From Chara braunii (lineage: Eukaryota > Plantae > Charophyceae): DNA of 64,000 bases. The notes below the pieces were generated by a model, which was not told the origin of the DNA, searched no databases, and saw nothing but the letters and a program-made list of their open reading frames with translations. Shown here piece after piece: positions 1 to 10,594 of the stretch. The DNA lies in the NCBI GenBank assembly GCA_003427395.1, contig BFEA01000011.1, positions 5,215,556-5,279,555 on the forward strand, in the 5' to 3' direction. The number at the start of each line of letters is the position of its first letter. The stretch's first letter is position 1. Made by a program: the position numbers and the translations under genes.

Positions 1-140
1 AACAGGATTATGGATGTGTGGCTGCACTAGTGGGTATTAAGCTATTTTCGGTATCGGCTTGTTCTCCTTCGCCTTCATCTTTGACTCTTACCTTTTGTCC
101 TTCCCTCTTTGATCCTTCATTTCTTCCTCTTCCCTTCACT

Positions 141-1788
141 ATGCTGCCCCTGGGCATGGGGCTTGCTTCAACTGTGGTCAGCATGGCCACTGGTCAGGAG
201 AGTGCCTGCACCCGCAGAGGTAGGTTATCGATCTTCAGTAGCAACAGGGGCGAATGCGGAGCCTATTTCGGCTCTACCTGCTGCCGGAACTACGACGGTG
301 ACAACTCAGGCGACTGCACTAGTAATTACAAGCCAGACATCGGCGCCACGAACAGGATGGTGGTCGAGAAATCAGCAGATCTTGGATAAGTGTAATGCTT
401 TTGTGAGCAAGGCAGAACAGAAGGAGAGGGAGGAACAAGAGGTGAAGGAAAAAGAAAAGAAGCAGCGAGAGAAGGAGGAGGAGGCGGCGCAACGTAAGAA
501 GGAACGGGAGGAGTTGGAGCTGTCTCTTATACACATCTAGATGTGTATAAGAGACAGGTGTAATGCTTTTGTGAGCAAGGCAGAACAGAAGGAGAGGGAG
601 GAACAAGAGGTGAAGGAAAAAGAAAAGAAGCAGCGAGAGAAGGAGGAGGAGGCGGCGCAACGTAAGAAGGAACGGGAGGAGTTGGAGAATGCAGTGGGGT
701 AGAAGTTGGAGAGTACGTTGGTGCCTATGTACGAGGTGATAATGGGGAAAGGGGTGACTTGCTCCAACTCGGGCGACGAAGAATTGGAGAAGTTGCAGCG
801 GGAGAACGCTGAGCTCCGGGCTAGGTACGGGATCCAGGAGCAGCTGCCATCTACGGACTTGATTGACCGACTACGAGAGAATGTAGAATTAAGAAGACAG
901 GTAGCGGACCTGAAACAGAAGATGGAATCAGACTTGGCGGCTGTACGGTAGGAGATTCGTGAGGTGAAGGAATGTCGGGAGAATTTGGGGAGGAGTGATC
1001 TTGCCAAACAAGTGGAGGAGTTACTTACGGAAATGGGGCTACTAAGCAAAAGTAACGAGGAAACTGAGGAGGTGGCCCAACTTTGGCGCAATGAGGCATT
1101 ACGCCCCAGAAACAAACGAGGACGTATCAATGTGGCCACCCCTATTTTCGAGGGGCACGCAAGCGTTAGATCACGCATGGTGAGCACACCTGAAGAGGCT
1201 CGTATTCTGCGGGCATAACTACTTGATATACACGAAAGACGAAAGTGTGACTTGTTAGAGGTTGACTTGTTGAAGAAGAAGCGGGTGGATGCGGAGGCAA
1301 AGCGAATAGAGGCGGAGTCGGAGTTGCAAAAATTGAAGGAGCAGATGAGTAAGCTGAATACCGAGATGGGGGAAGGCACCACCCCAAGGGAAGCGGGCAC
1401 GAATCTGAAAGAAAGGATGGAGGAGGCGGCGAGGACGGGTTTTCGATCGGGGGGAAGGGGCAGGGTCAAAATGACGCCCGGACGTATGCCGCGTCCTGAT
1501 GGAAGTGCAAAGAAGGCTAACGATCACTTTATGCGTCTATAGGACGAGAGAAAGGGATTGAAGGGGCTAAAGAAGTCCAGATTGGAAGGTTTATGCAAGG
1601 AAAAAGGAATTCAGTACAAGACTATTGAGGTTACATCAGAAGAACTGGCGCAACTGTATATTACCAAAATGTTCGGAGAGGAGGTGAAGAAGCATGAGGT
1701 CAGTGATACGGGGCGACGTCCTGGGAAGACAGCGATGGAGGAAGGGACGGTGACGGCGGTGGAAGAAGTGCCCTCAGATTCTGCCTGA
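141..1788 (+). pseudogene. Gag-like ORF1 of the PLE: CCHC zinc knuckle, long coiled coils, C-terminal SAP-like helix pair
   Basis: 164-205 translates CFNCGQHGHWSGEC (CX2CX4HX4C). In-frame fragments 109-540, 706-951, 964-1218, 1252-1542 and 1558-1788 are E/K/R-rich and separated by single stops. LKKSRLEGLCKEKGI resembles a SAP motif (inference). Confidence 0.7.
520..557. other. Nextera/Tn5 mate-pair junction adapter (assembly artefact)
   Basis: Exact CTGTCTCTTATACACATCT+AGATGTGTATAAGAGACAG, flanked by an identical duplication of 390-519 at 558-687. Confidence 0.97.
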
Positions 1789-1896
1789 TAGGACTTCCGA
1801 AATGCGACACTTTGGAATTTGGCTAGGGTCTGCCGTGATTTTCGTTCTACTTCTACTTCCTCCTCGCGAAATGTTGCCTGACATTCTTTCTTCCAA

Positions 1897-2430
1897 TTGG
1901 TGGTGTTGATTATGGTTTTTCGTGGTTTGATTCCTTGGGCCAATACTTATCGTTCTTATCTTTTGTCTATGACCAAGGATGGTAGAGATTTTTGCCTTTG
2001 CAGGGGTCCGTTGGTTTACGTCTTAATTTCACCCTGGCACAAACACGTGTACATAGGGTCAACTAGCAGGACGCTGGATGTGCGATGGGGCGAGCATGTT
2101 TATCGAGCTTGTAATAGTGGGGTGGTTGAGCAAGGGGAGATAAATCACCGCTTGTATAATTGGCTGCGACGTTGTGGGCCAGAGCACTATGTGGTGCTTC
2201 CCTTATTCTGCTGTGAATCGGTGAGCATGTTGGACCTGGAAAAGATGGTAATTCGTAGGAACAATCTTTTCCTTAATAGCCAGGACAGACCTGTTAGGCG
2301 CAGGAAGGGTAGGCCGGGGAAAAAAGAACGAGAGAAACTTTTACGAAAGAAATCAGAGGCGGCCAAGGTCAAAGAAGTCGCTAGTCTGACCAAGCACGTC
2401 CATCTTGCTTTTTTCCAACGAAGATGGTGA
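1897..2430 (+). pseudogene. GIY-YIG endonuclease domain at the N-terminus of PLE ORF2
   Basis: LVYVLISPWHKHVYIGSTSRTLDVRWGEH...HRLYNWLRR...LEKMVIRR..LN gives GIY/YIG motifs, the conserved Arg, the catalytic Glu and the terminal Asn. Confidence 0.85.
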
Positions 2431-3359
2431 GCGGTTGGCTAGTCTTCTAAGACTTGTGTTGCTGGTACGAGAGAAAGGTAAGTTGGAAATGACGATACAA
2501 TGTAATGGGAGAAAATGCCTTGATGGATTCATGGAGGGTCGTTAAGCGATATTTTGGGGGTTCTATTGTTAAATCCGACTTCGGGGTGGCGCCATTGAAA
2601 AAGAGTCGAGGGTGGCTTGTGGACGGGGCTAGAATCCACTTTCACTCAATCACGTATTACTGCTCGACCTTGCTCTGCCACAAACCAATCTTACTATATT
2701 TTTCTTCACCAACCATAGTTGCGTGCTCTCCTGTACGGCCGGAGTCTTGAACAACTGGTGTGCATGTACACAACAGTCAAAAAGAGCGGGGTACGCGTTA
2801 CATTGTTTGTTGACCGGGGTGGTGCGTCGGAGATTCGGTATTAACGTTCGTACACGACTGGTGATTCGCATTACTTTTTATGTTTGTAATGGCAAGAATG
2901 CGGTAAGACTGATGTATGAATGGTTAATAAGGGCAATGGAGTTGCCGGTATGGGTGAAGGAAATGGTGGTGAGAAGGATGAGGGTGGTGTGGGTGAAAGA
3001 CAAAAGTGTTGGTGATGTGTTGTTTAACTTTCGCACCGCTAGTAGACAGAGTGAGCATCATTGTTGCTGCCAAAAGATTGAGGAGGGCTTCCCGAGGGTG
3101 GACGAACATGTCCGCTTTCGGATGTTTGAAGTGCCTTTCATCTCGACGTTCCTAAAAAATGCACGAAGCATAATGTATTCCTCCCGTTTGACATCGAGTA
3201 TAATTTTGGTTAAGCAGGTCCTCGCTTCCTTTGAAACTATGCCACTTTTGACAAAGAATCAAAGATGGATGGGGGGATGATTGAGAAAACGTTGGTTAGG
3301 GCTTGCTTTAACAGGTCGGTGAATGAACAGGGTGTCTGTGGTATGGAACTGAGCCACGT

Positions 3360-4786
3360 TTGGCATGGAAGCGGAAGCTTGGCGATTTAGTGGGTTTCCA
3401 GATTGGCCACAACATGGGAGATTCTTTGTTCTGCTGCCCAATGGTATATAGGGCAAGCATGGACAAACTTTTCCTGGCAAATCCGAGTTTCGAGCGGTGT
3501 GGGGAGGAGGATCATGTGATGAACCAGTATGATTTTGAGTATAAGAAGGTGGTTTTGACTGTTTGGGGAAGTGGAACAATAAACGAAAGTTGGGGCAAAC
3601 TTATTTTATTCCTAAACACAAAAATATTACAAGGTGACGACCAATTTGTCCTACGTTCTCGGAAGGGGGAATGGCTGCAAGCAAGAAGATTGTGCAGGTT
3701 GTCAATCAACTACTTTGGGATTTGCCGAGGAAAACCAATTTCAACCTGAACAGTATAACTGACTTGGCTCAAGCATTGCGGCGGATAAATGGTCTCCTAA
3801 GTAAGGGGGAAGTTTTTGTGAGTGCAACTTTTGATATTAAAGATATGTTCTGTAATTTGCCGCATGAGGCAATTATGGTGGTTGTTGGATGGATTGCTGG
3901 CTTCTGGGCAATCAGGGGTTGCAAGGGAGTTTCGGTCAAAGTCAGAGGTAAAGAGGCAAAGTTGAGGTTTGGGAAGTCAGAACTAGGTTGGGACACGGTA
4001 ACGCAGGATGTGGTAGTTAATTTTGTTGCCTTTGACCTGAGCTCAACATATTTCAAAGCCTATGGACGGGTGTTGCAGCAGAAGGTAGGGATTCCGATGG
4101 GAAAGGCATCGAGCCCGACCCTGACATGCCTTCTCTGCGTGTATAACGAGTTCGTTTTCCTGGCATCACTGGGTTGTGATCAAAGCCTGGTGAGTGGTTT
4201 GCGCATGGTGGATGATGTTTCAATACTGATTCGGCGTAAGAAGGGGGACCTGGCCTCCGTGATGACGACTGAAAGAATTTCATTAAAATTTTGTGTCTGC
4301 TACGATGATAATCTCATCTTGGAGCAAACAAGTGATGGGGACTGTTGGGATTTTCTCGGTTGTGTGATGAAAAATCTGGATTGGCCTTGGGGGGTGATGT
4401 GCGCAAACATACATTAGAACAAGAGAACCTATCGGCAGAAGGAATTGAAATTTCAGAATCTTTATGACTATGGATCTTATTGTAGTAAGCAACAAAAAAT
4501 GGCGGTCATTGTTTCATGTCTACACAGGGCCAGGGCGTTTACTACAATAAGGGGGATGGAGTCGGCCTTTTTGTTCACTCTGAAAATTGAGCTTTGGAAA
4601 CGAGGTTTTCCGAATGAATATTTAGATAATGGACTTAGGGCCTTCTCTAGGAAATTCGCAGGAATTTGGGAAGACTGGGTGGCGGTCATGACCAACTGGG
4701 ACAAACTATTTGGGAAGACTGTGGGAACCCGGGGGATTGACACGCATGGCGTTCGATGGTCTACTTACGCCTTTGTCGGAACTTGA
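3360..4786 (+). pseudogene. Penelope-type reverse transcriptase (core plus thumb), frameshifted
   Basis: Motif A TFDIKDMFCNLPH, motif B QQKVGIPMGKASSP, motif C RMVDDV, motif E WDFLG; thumb region ELWKRGFP. Confidence 0.9.
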
Positions 4787-5354
4787 AGCAGAAGACTGGA
4801 AGATTCGCAGATGCCAGATAGGGCCAACTTTTTTTGGGAGTGCTTGGGAAAGGGAATCTCTGGCTTAGTTGCGATTAGGAAGGGCCTTCTGGACTTCGGG
4901 CCAGTTGAAGGACCTATTTTGGGCCCGCTTTTTTGGTACCTATGTTTTTGTTATTTTTATGTTTTTTTTTTTTTTTTTTTTTTTCCCCCCTTTTTCTTTA
5001 CAAATTCGTTTCTCGAAACTCACATAGGGTCTGTGTGACAAATGGATGCTTGGGAAGTAGGCGTTGGATAGCACTAGGGTCTGAATAACTCCAGCATGGA
5101 AAATATCGCCGTACAATATGCGATTATGGATCTGTTATTGACTCCGGTTCCGGTCTTTCTCTCCTTTCTATCTTGGTACTGTACCTAGACTCTTTTCTTG
5201 GATACGTTTGGGCGCAAGTCTTTCTTGACTCTTCTTGATTCTTCCTTAGACAGTGTGAGGTTTTCCTTCCTTTTTATTCTAGGCGTGTCTCTGACTTAAT
5301 ACTTAAGTGATGTTCTTCTATCTGCTCAGTCCCTTTCTCCTAAGTGACAAACAA

Positions 5355-5405
5355 GACCCCTGATGATTTCGGTAGTGGCGGACAGATGAAACGCAACGTA
5401 GGGTC
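5355..5405 (+). ncRNA. Type I minimal hammerhead ribozyme motif; predicted cleavage after GUA at 5400
   Basis: Stem I GACCC(5355-59)/GGGUC(5401-05); core CUGAUGA 5360-66; GAAA 5388-91; short stem III CG-CAA-CG; UH = UA. Stem II (5367-87) pairs poorly in this copy. Confidence 0.72.
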
Positions 5406-5526
5406 GCTGCGCCTGCATTCACGATCATTTTTCGATGTATTCGGCATAATTGTTACTTTTATGGCCGAACAATCGCGTTTCGGGAAGACACTTGTGGGAT
5501 GAGTTTTTCTGCCTTTTCGTGTCAAA

Positions 5527-5566
5527 TCTTCTTCTTCTTCTTCTTCTTCTTCTTCTTCTTCTTCTT
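5527..5566. repeat. (CTT)n microsatellite at the PLE 3' boundary
   Basis: Seen directly. Confidence 0.95.
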
Positions 5567-6214
5567 TCTTTCCTTCTTTCTTTATTCCTTCTTCTCTTGG
5601 TCTTTGCTCTACTACAGGTCGATTATCAATAACCATTGTGAATGCTTGGAAGGCTTTGTCCATAACCTGAATGTGGAAAAGAGCCCTCGGGTGGACCACC
5701 CGCAAGGTTCAAACAACGTGCGGCAGCGCAGATGGCTTGGTGGAGGCCACGAAGTCGAGGACCAACACGAAAGCCCCCCCCCCCCAAAAAAAAAAAAAAA
5801 GGAAAAAAAAAAATCATCAAATGAGAAAAATAAATTTCGGTAAATTCGCCTATTCGTCTATCTTTCCTCAGACGCACCTGCCGTGGTAGACAAATCGACG
5901 GTCTGTCAGTTCCGTCTCTCCTGGTGGCCTGGAACCAGCCCAGCGGCGGCCCCTCTCTCTCTCTCTCTCTCTCTGAGGTTTGCTTTCCACTCATTCCGCC
6001 TTGCGGACATCATAGCCAGGAACCTCGAAAATGCAGACTTGGTTGTGGTGTGTTGACCCCCTGCCATAGTTGTCCACCGTTTGCCCGTTTTGCTGGCGCC
6101 TTTGCTGTGTGCACCGTGTGTGGCTTTCTGTGCGGCGCGATGCTTGCGTTGGGGGGTTCTCAACATCCACGCCGTGGCACCACAAGAGTGTGCGTCGCAT
6201 TCTGACCTTCGTCA

Positions 6215-6216
<2 letters not shown>

Positions 6217-6267
<51 letters not shown>

Positions 6268-6297
6268 AGCCGTGCTGCCCGTGCGTGTTTGTGTCGG

Positions 6298-6369
<72 letters not shown>

Positions 6370-6811
6370 AAGTCGTAGTTTTCGCCGACAGAAATGCACA
6401 GCAGCTCTGTCCACGCCACCATCGACACAAAAAAAAAACCGTCGCAACTCCATATAAACCAAACGAAGGGCAGGGTTGGGATGGATGTCAATGGAAGAAG
6501 AGCGAGAGGGGCAAGAGGGGTCGGGTGGGTTTAGTTTGCTGGCGGGCAGACAAACTGGGGCGGCGGGGGNATTCAGCGTTACAGTAGAGGGGTGCGTGGG
6601 GCACTGACCTGTGGTCGCCGTCGTCGATGTTAGAGCGTGGAAAACTCGACAACCGCTGTCGCTTGCGCTTCTCCCACGACATCGACAACGACGACAACGA
6701 TGTTTTATGGTCGTTGGACATGTCACATATGTGTGTGTGCATCTGTGTTTGTGTCTCTTGAGAGGTGTTTTTGTGTGTGTGTGTCGGCGTTTTGATGTCC
6801 AGTAGTGTGTG

Positions 6812-6857
<46 letters not shown>

Positions 6858-7104
6858 NNNNNNNNNNNNNNNNNNNNNNNNNNNNNNNNNNNNNNNNNNN
6901 NNNNNNNNNNNNNNNNNNNNNNNNNNNNNNNNNNNNNNNNNNNNNNNNNNNNNNNNNNNNNNNNNNNNNNNNNNNNNNNNNNNNNNNNNNNNNNNNNNNN
7001 NNNNNNNNNNNNNNNNNNNNNNNNNNNNNNNNNNNNNNNNNNNNNNNNNNNNNNNNNNNNNNNNNNNNNNNNNNNNNNNNNNNNNNNNNNNNNNNNNNNN
7101 NNNN

Positions 7105-7153
<49 letters not shown>
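6217..7153. repeat. Cluster of (GT)n, (TC)n and (GA)n microsatellites around an assembly gap
   Basis: (GT)n 6217-6264, (TC)n 6304-6367, (GT)n 6818-6857, gap, (GA)n 7105-7153. Confidence 0.95.
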
Positions 7154-7159
<6 letters not shown>

Positions 7160-7686
7160 CCGCTCATGAAAGGGATCACCGATAGCTTCGACAACTGTTT
7201 GCAGGTCGGCGAAGGGCGACAGGCATCCGCTACATCCCAAACATGGCCGTTCACAGATAGTCACATCACTGACACGCATGGTGTGGTGAAAGGGCGCTGC
7301 CACGTCGGACGCCGAAGAAGGAAACGATGGCAGATGGACCAAAAGCTGCTTGAAGGAAAGGCAGACACGCTGAACGGTTGTGCTTGGAAAAAAAATCAGA
7401 AAATCCCAAGAGGGAAAAAAAAAACCGAAAAGAAAAAAGGAAACGACTGAAAAAAAAAAAAAAAAGTTGATGTCCTACACCCTGGAGGGCGGACATCTGA
7501 ATCCCGGCGGGCAGAGTGAAATCGTGGGTCCCATTGCCAGGAACCCCAACCTCAACCTTCGCGGTACGCCGTTCACCTATCGGTAGTCTGAACCGTTTCA
7601 CGAAAAAGTGAGCTACCGGTACGTCTGAATTTTTTATTGTCGAGGGGAGTGGTGGCTTAGTAGCAAATAAATTATTAGTAATAAAT

Positions 7687-8580
7687 CATGGTTGTTCCAG
7701 ACCCGGACAACCGGACAACCGGACAACCGGACACGGACGCCAGACCCGTGTCTGGATCAAACCAGACGTCCGGTTAACCGGATATCAAACCGGACATCCA
7801 GACATCCGGACCCTGACAAGTCCGGTTTGTTGTGTCGATGTTCGGTTGTCCGGAAAAAAAAAAAAAAAAAAAAACCCACCAAGCACAGAGCTCAAATGCA
7901 CCAAGATTCCATCCAAATAAGAGCAAAGCAGCGAACTCGTGTGCCAATGTCATCGCCCTCAGGCCCCACCAACACAGTATCCAATGTCGCTCATCTCTGT
8001 CTAGCATCATCGCCCTCCCATCCCTGCTCGCCCCTCCCATCCTTCATCGCCCTCCCATCCTTCACCGCCCTCCTATCCTTCATCGCCCTCCCATTCGCCA
8101 TCGCCCTCTCATCCTTGCTCGCCCCTCCCATCCTTCATCGCCCTCCCATCCCTGGTCGCCCTCCCATCGGCCAGACCCTACTCCCACATCACAAAAATGC
8201 AAGGAATATGAGCGAGAGCGATGGACAAAAAATCAAGTTGCAAAATCACGCAGAAGTCCAGATAGTCATGTACCAACCAGAGAGCTCAAATGCGCCAAGA
8301 TTCCATCCAAATAAGAGCAAAGCAGTGAACTTGTGTGCCAATGTTATCACACAGAGGGCCCTTTCAGGGCCTATCCGGTTGGGGTACCGGTTCTAAAAAA
8401 ACATCAGCATTATTTTTCCGAGGTACCCCAGGCCCAGGTAAACGGTCTGGGAACCCCAATTTTTTTTTTTGAATTTTTCGAAATCGGGGTGCAACCAGAC
8501 CTTCCGAACCGGACACCGAACCTGTACACCGGTCACCGGGCTGTCCGGATCGGGATCCGGACGTCCGGTTGGTAACTATG
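7687..8580 (+). mobile_element. Non-autonomous hAT-type DNA transposon, copy 1
   Basis: Imperfect TIRs CATGGTTG../..GTAACTATG; exact 8-bp TSD TAATAAAT (7679-86, 8581-88); ACCGGAC subterminal repeats; internal 18-bp CATCGCCCTCCCATCCTT array. Confidence 0.85.
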
Positions 8581-8874
8581 TAATAAATACAACCAAACTT
8601 TTAAGCTTTTTTTTTTTTTTTTTTAAAGTCTTACAATTCCAATGATAATAAAAGTGAATGAATAATAATAGCACCATTAAAAACTAAATTTATTCTGTGA
8701 ACTCGTTCCGTAGGTTATTTATTACATTATGAAGATCTTATCTATGTAATTGAGATAAGTCATATTATCTTCAAACAACGGTGTAGACTGAAATCCTAAC
8801 AAATCAATCAAAAAATGTTTAAGTTAGGTTAGATGTCATTCAAGTATTTATTTCTTGCAAAGAATTAAAAAAGA

Positions 8875-9158
8875 CTAGGCTACCAGCTGGCCCCCCCAGG
8901 TCACCCTATTTTCTTGGGCGGCCCGGCCGTGCAAGGACCAGGGAAGGGCCCAGCTAAAAAAAACAAAAAAAACAATCCAAAAAATCCGAAACAAAAAAAC
9001 TATGTTATGCAGAAAAATAAACTGAACAACTTTTGCCTCAAGGTCACATCGAATTTTTTTATCAAATTTAAAATAAAAAATTAAATTAAATATTTTTGTT
9101 TTTGTTTTTCTTTTTGGCCTGGTCAGGCAAGTGGAAGTGGGCCACTCTGATAGCCTAG
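8875..9158. mobile_element. MITE with CTAGGCTAYCAG TIRs, copy 1
   Basis: ctaggctaccag ... ctgatagcctag; homologous copy at 10196-10471; TSD not clean. Confidence 0.6.
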
Positions 9159-9323
9159 AAAAAAACACAATTTCATTATTTTGAAATCGATTTTTTTTTT
9201 AATCAGTAATTGATTCAACAAAACAATTAATCTATATATTTTAGATAGATCTATCTATATCTATATAGATAGATAGATCTATGTATATTTATATGTATAG
9301 ATAAATCTATAATTTGAATCAAA

Positions 9324-9548
9324 GCCTTCCACCTAAGCTGCGTAGGAAAAACCCTAACCGAATCCCTAGGAATAGTAAAGCTTCATAAGGTCTTTCTGTC
9401 CAGATGCAGGTACTTTGCATCTTCACAAACATGTCTATTTCACTAAGTCGCTCTCTGAGACAGTGCCCAGATCGTTGCGCCTTTCGTGCAGGTTGAAACT
9501 TAACCGACATGGAATGTTGCTACCCTATGATCGTTATAGTTACGACCG
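9324..9548 (-). pseudogene. rrn23: Plastid-derived 23S rRNA fragment (NUPT), domain IV/V, copy 1
   Basis: Degenerate reverse-complement match to conserved plastid 23S text (AGTAAAGCTTCATAGGGTCTTTCTGTCC...GAGACAGTGCCCAGATCGTTACGCCTTTCGTGC...GGACCGTTATAGTTAC). Confidence 0.88.
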
Positions 9549-9600
9549 AGAGTAATTAATTCAATAAAACAATTAATCTATAAATTTTAGATAGATCAAC

Positions 9601-9825
9601 GCCTTCCACTTAAGCTGCGTAGGAAAAACCCTAACCCAATCCTAGGGAATAGTAAAGCTTCATAAGGTCTTTCTGTCTAGGTGCACGCAGTCTGCATCTT
9701 CACAAGCATGTCTATTTCACTAAGTTTCTCTCCGAGACAGTGCCCATATCGTTACGCCTTTCGTGCGGATTGAAACTTACCCGACACGGAATTTCGCTGC
9801 CTTAGGACCGTTATAGTGACGACCG
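9601..9825 (-). pseudogene. rrn23: Plastid-derived 23S rRNA fragment (NUPT), copy 2
   Basis: Same ~225-bp segment with different substitutions; shares its AT-rich left flank with copy 1 (tandem duplication). Confidence 0.88.
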
Positions 9826-10195
9826 AGAGTATCATTTTATCATTAACACTTTTAGGCTTTTAGCCTTTTTATTATTGATTATAAGAATAAAAAACATTAA
9901 TGTTTTTTGGGAACCAACCCTATTTGGTACCATTTTACGATAACTTTGCAAATTTTTTTTTTTTGACAATTTGATCCACAATCAAACTTAGAGAATGCTC
10001 TATTTCTTTTATTTCTTTACTTTTTTTTTCTTTTTCCAATGCTATTTTTCTTATTGTCGGGTATAGTTTAGTGACAAAAGTGTGATTGGTTGATAACTCG
10101 TTAAAGGTTCATACTACTTATGAATAATTGACAAAGCTATCCTATTTCCTTGATTTTCCCAGTAAATGTCATGCAGTTTATTTTCATATCTATCT

Positions 10196-10471
10196 TAGGC
10201 TACCAGCCGGGCCGCTCGGGTCACCCTATTTTCCCTGGCGGCCCGACCGTGCAAGGATCAGCGAAGGTAAAAAAAAAAAAAAAATTCAAACAAATCCGAA
10301 AAACAATCTATGTTCTGTAGAAAAATAAATTGAACAACTTTTGCCTCAGGGCCACATCCAAATTCTTTACCAAATTTAAAATATATATATATTTTTTAAA
10401 TTTATTTATTTATTTTTTTTAATTTTATTTTTTTGCCCGGTGGGGAAATGGACTTGGACCACTCTAGCCTA
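10196..10471. mobile_element. MITE with TAGGCTA TIRs, copy 2
   Basis: taggctaccag...ctctagccta; collinear with 8875-9158. Confidence 0.6.
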
Positions 10472-10594
10472 GTCTCTATCTATATAAAGTATATTATAAA
10501 ATCAAATCAATAAGGATACTTGGAATATATAGATAGAGATGAAAATAAAGTATATGAAATTCATTGTGAAAACCAATACATATTTGATGATTAA

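Larger units (their letters stand above)
141..5520 (+). mobile_element. Penelope-like retroelement with N-terminal GIY-YIG endonuclease (Naiad/Chlamys-type domain order), two-ORF, decayed; 5' boundary may lie outside the window
   Basis: Order: CCHC/coiled-coil ORF1, GIY-YIG, CxC linker (EHHCCCQKI..PRVDEHVRF), PLE-type RT, 3' UTR with hammerhead motif, then a (CTT)n microsatellite. Many stops and frameshifts. Confidence 0.85.

Noticed and set aside
520-557. Tn5 mosaic ends as a real transposon or horizontal transfer
   Set aside because: The back-to-back 19-mers are exactly the mate-pair junction adapter, and there is no transposase
1897-4786. Selenocysteine (UGA) read-through as in some Naiad PLEs
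   Set aside because: Interruptions are mixed TAG/TGA stops and frameshifts, consistent with decay
9324-9825. Functional rRNA gene
   Set aside because: Only ~225-bp slices, mutated at universally conserved positions
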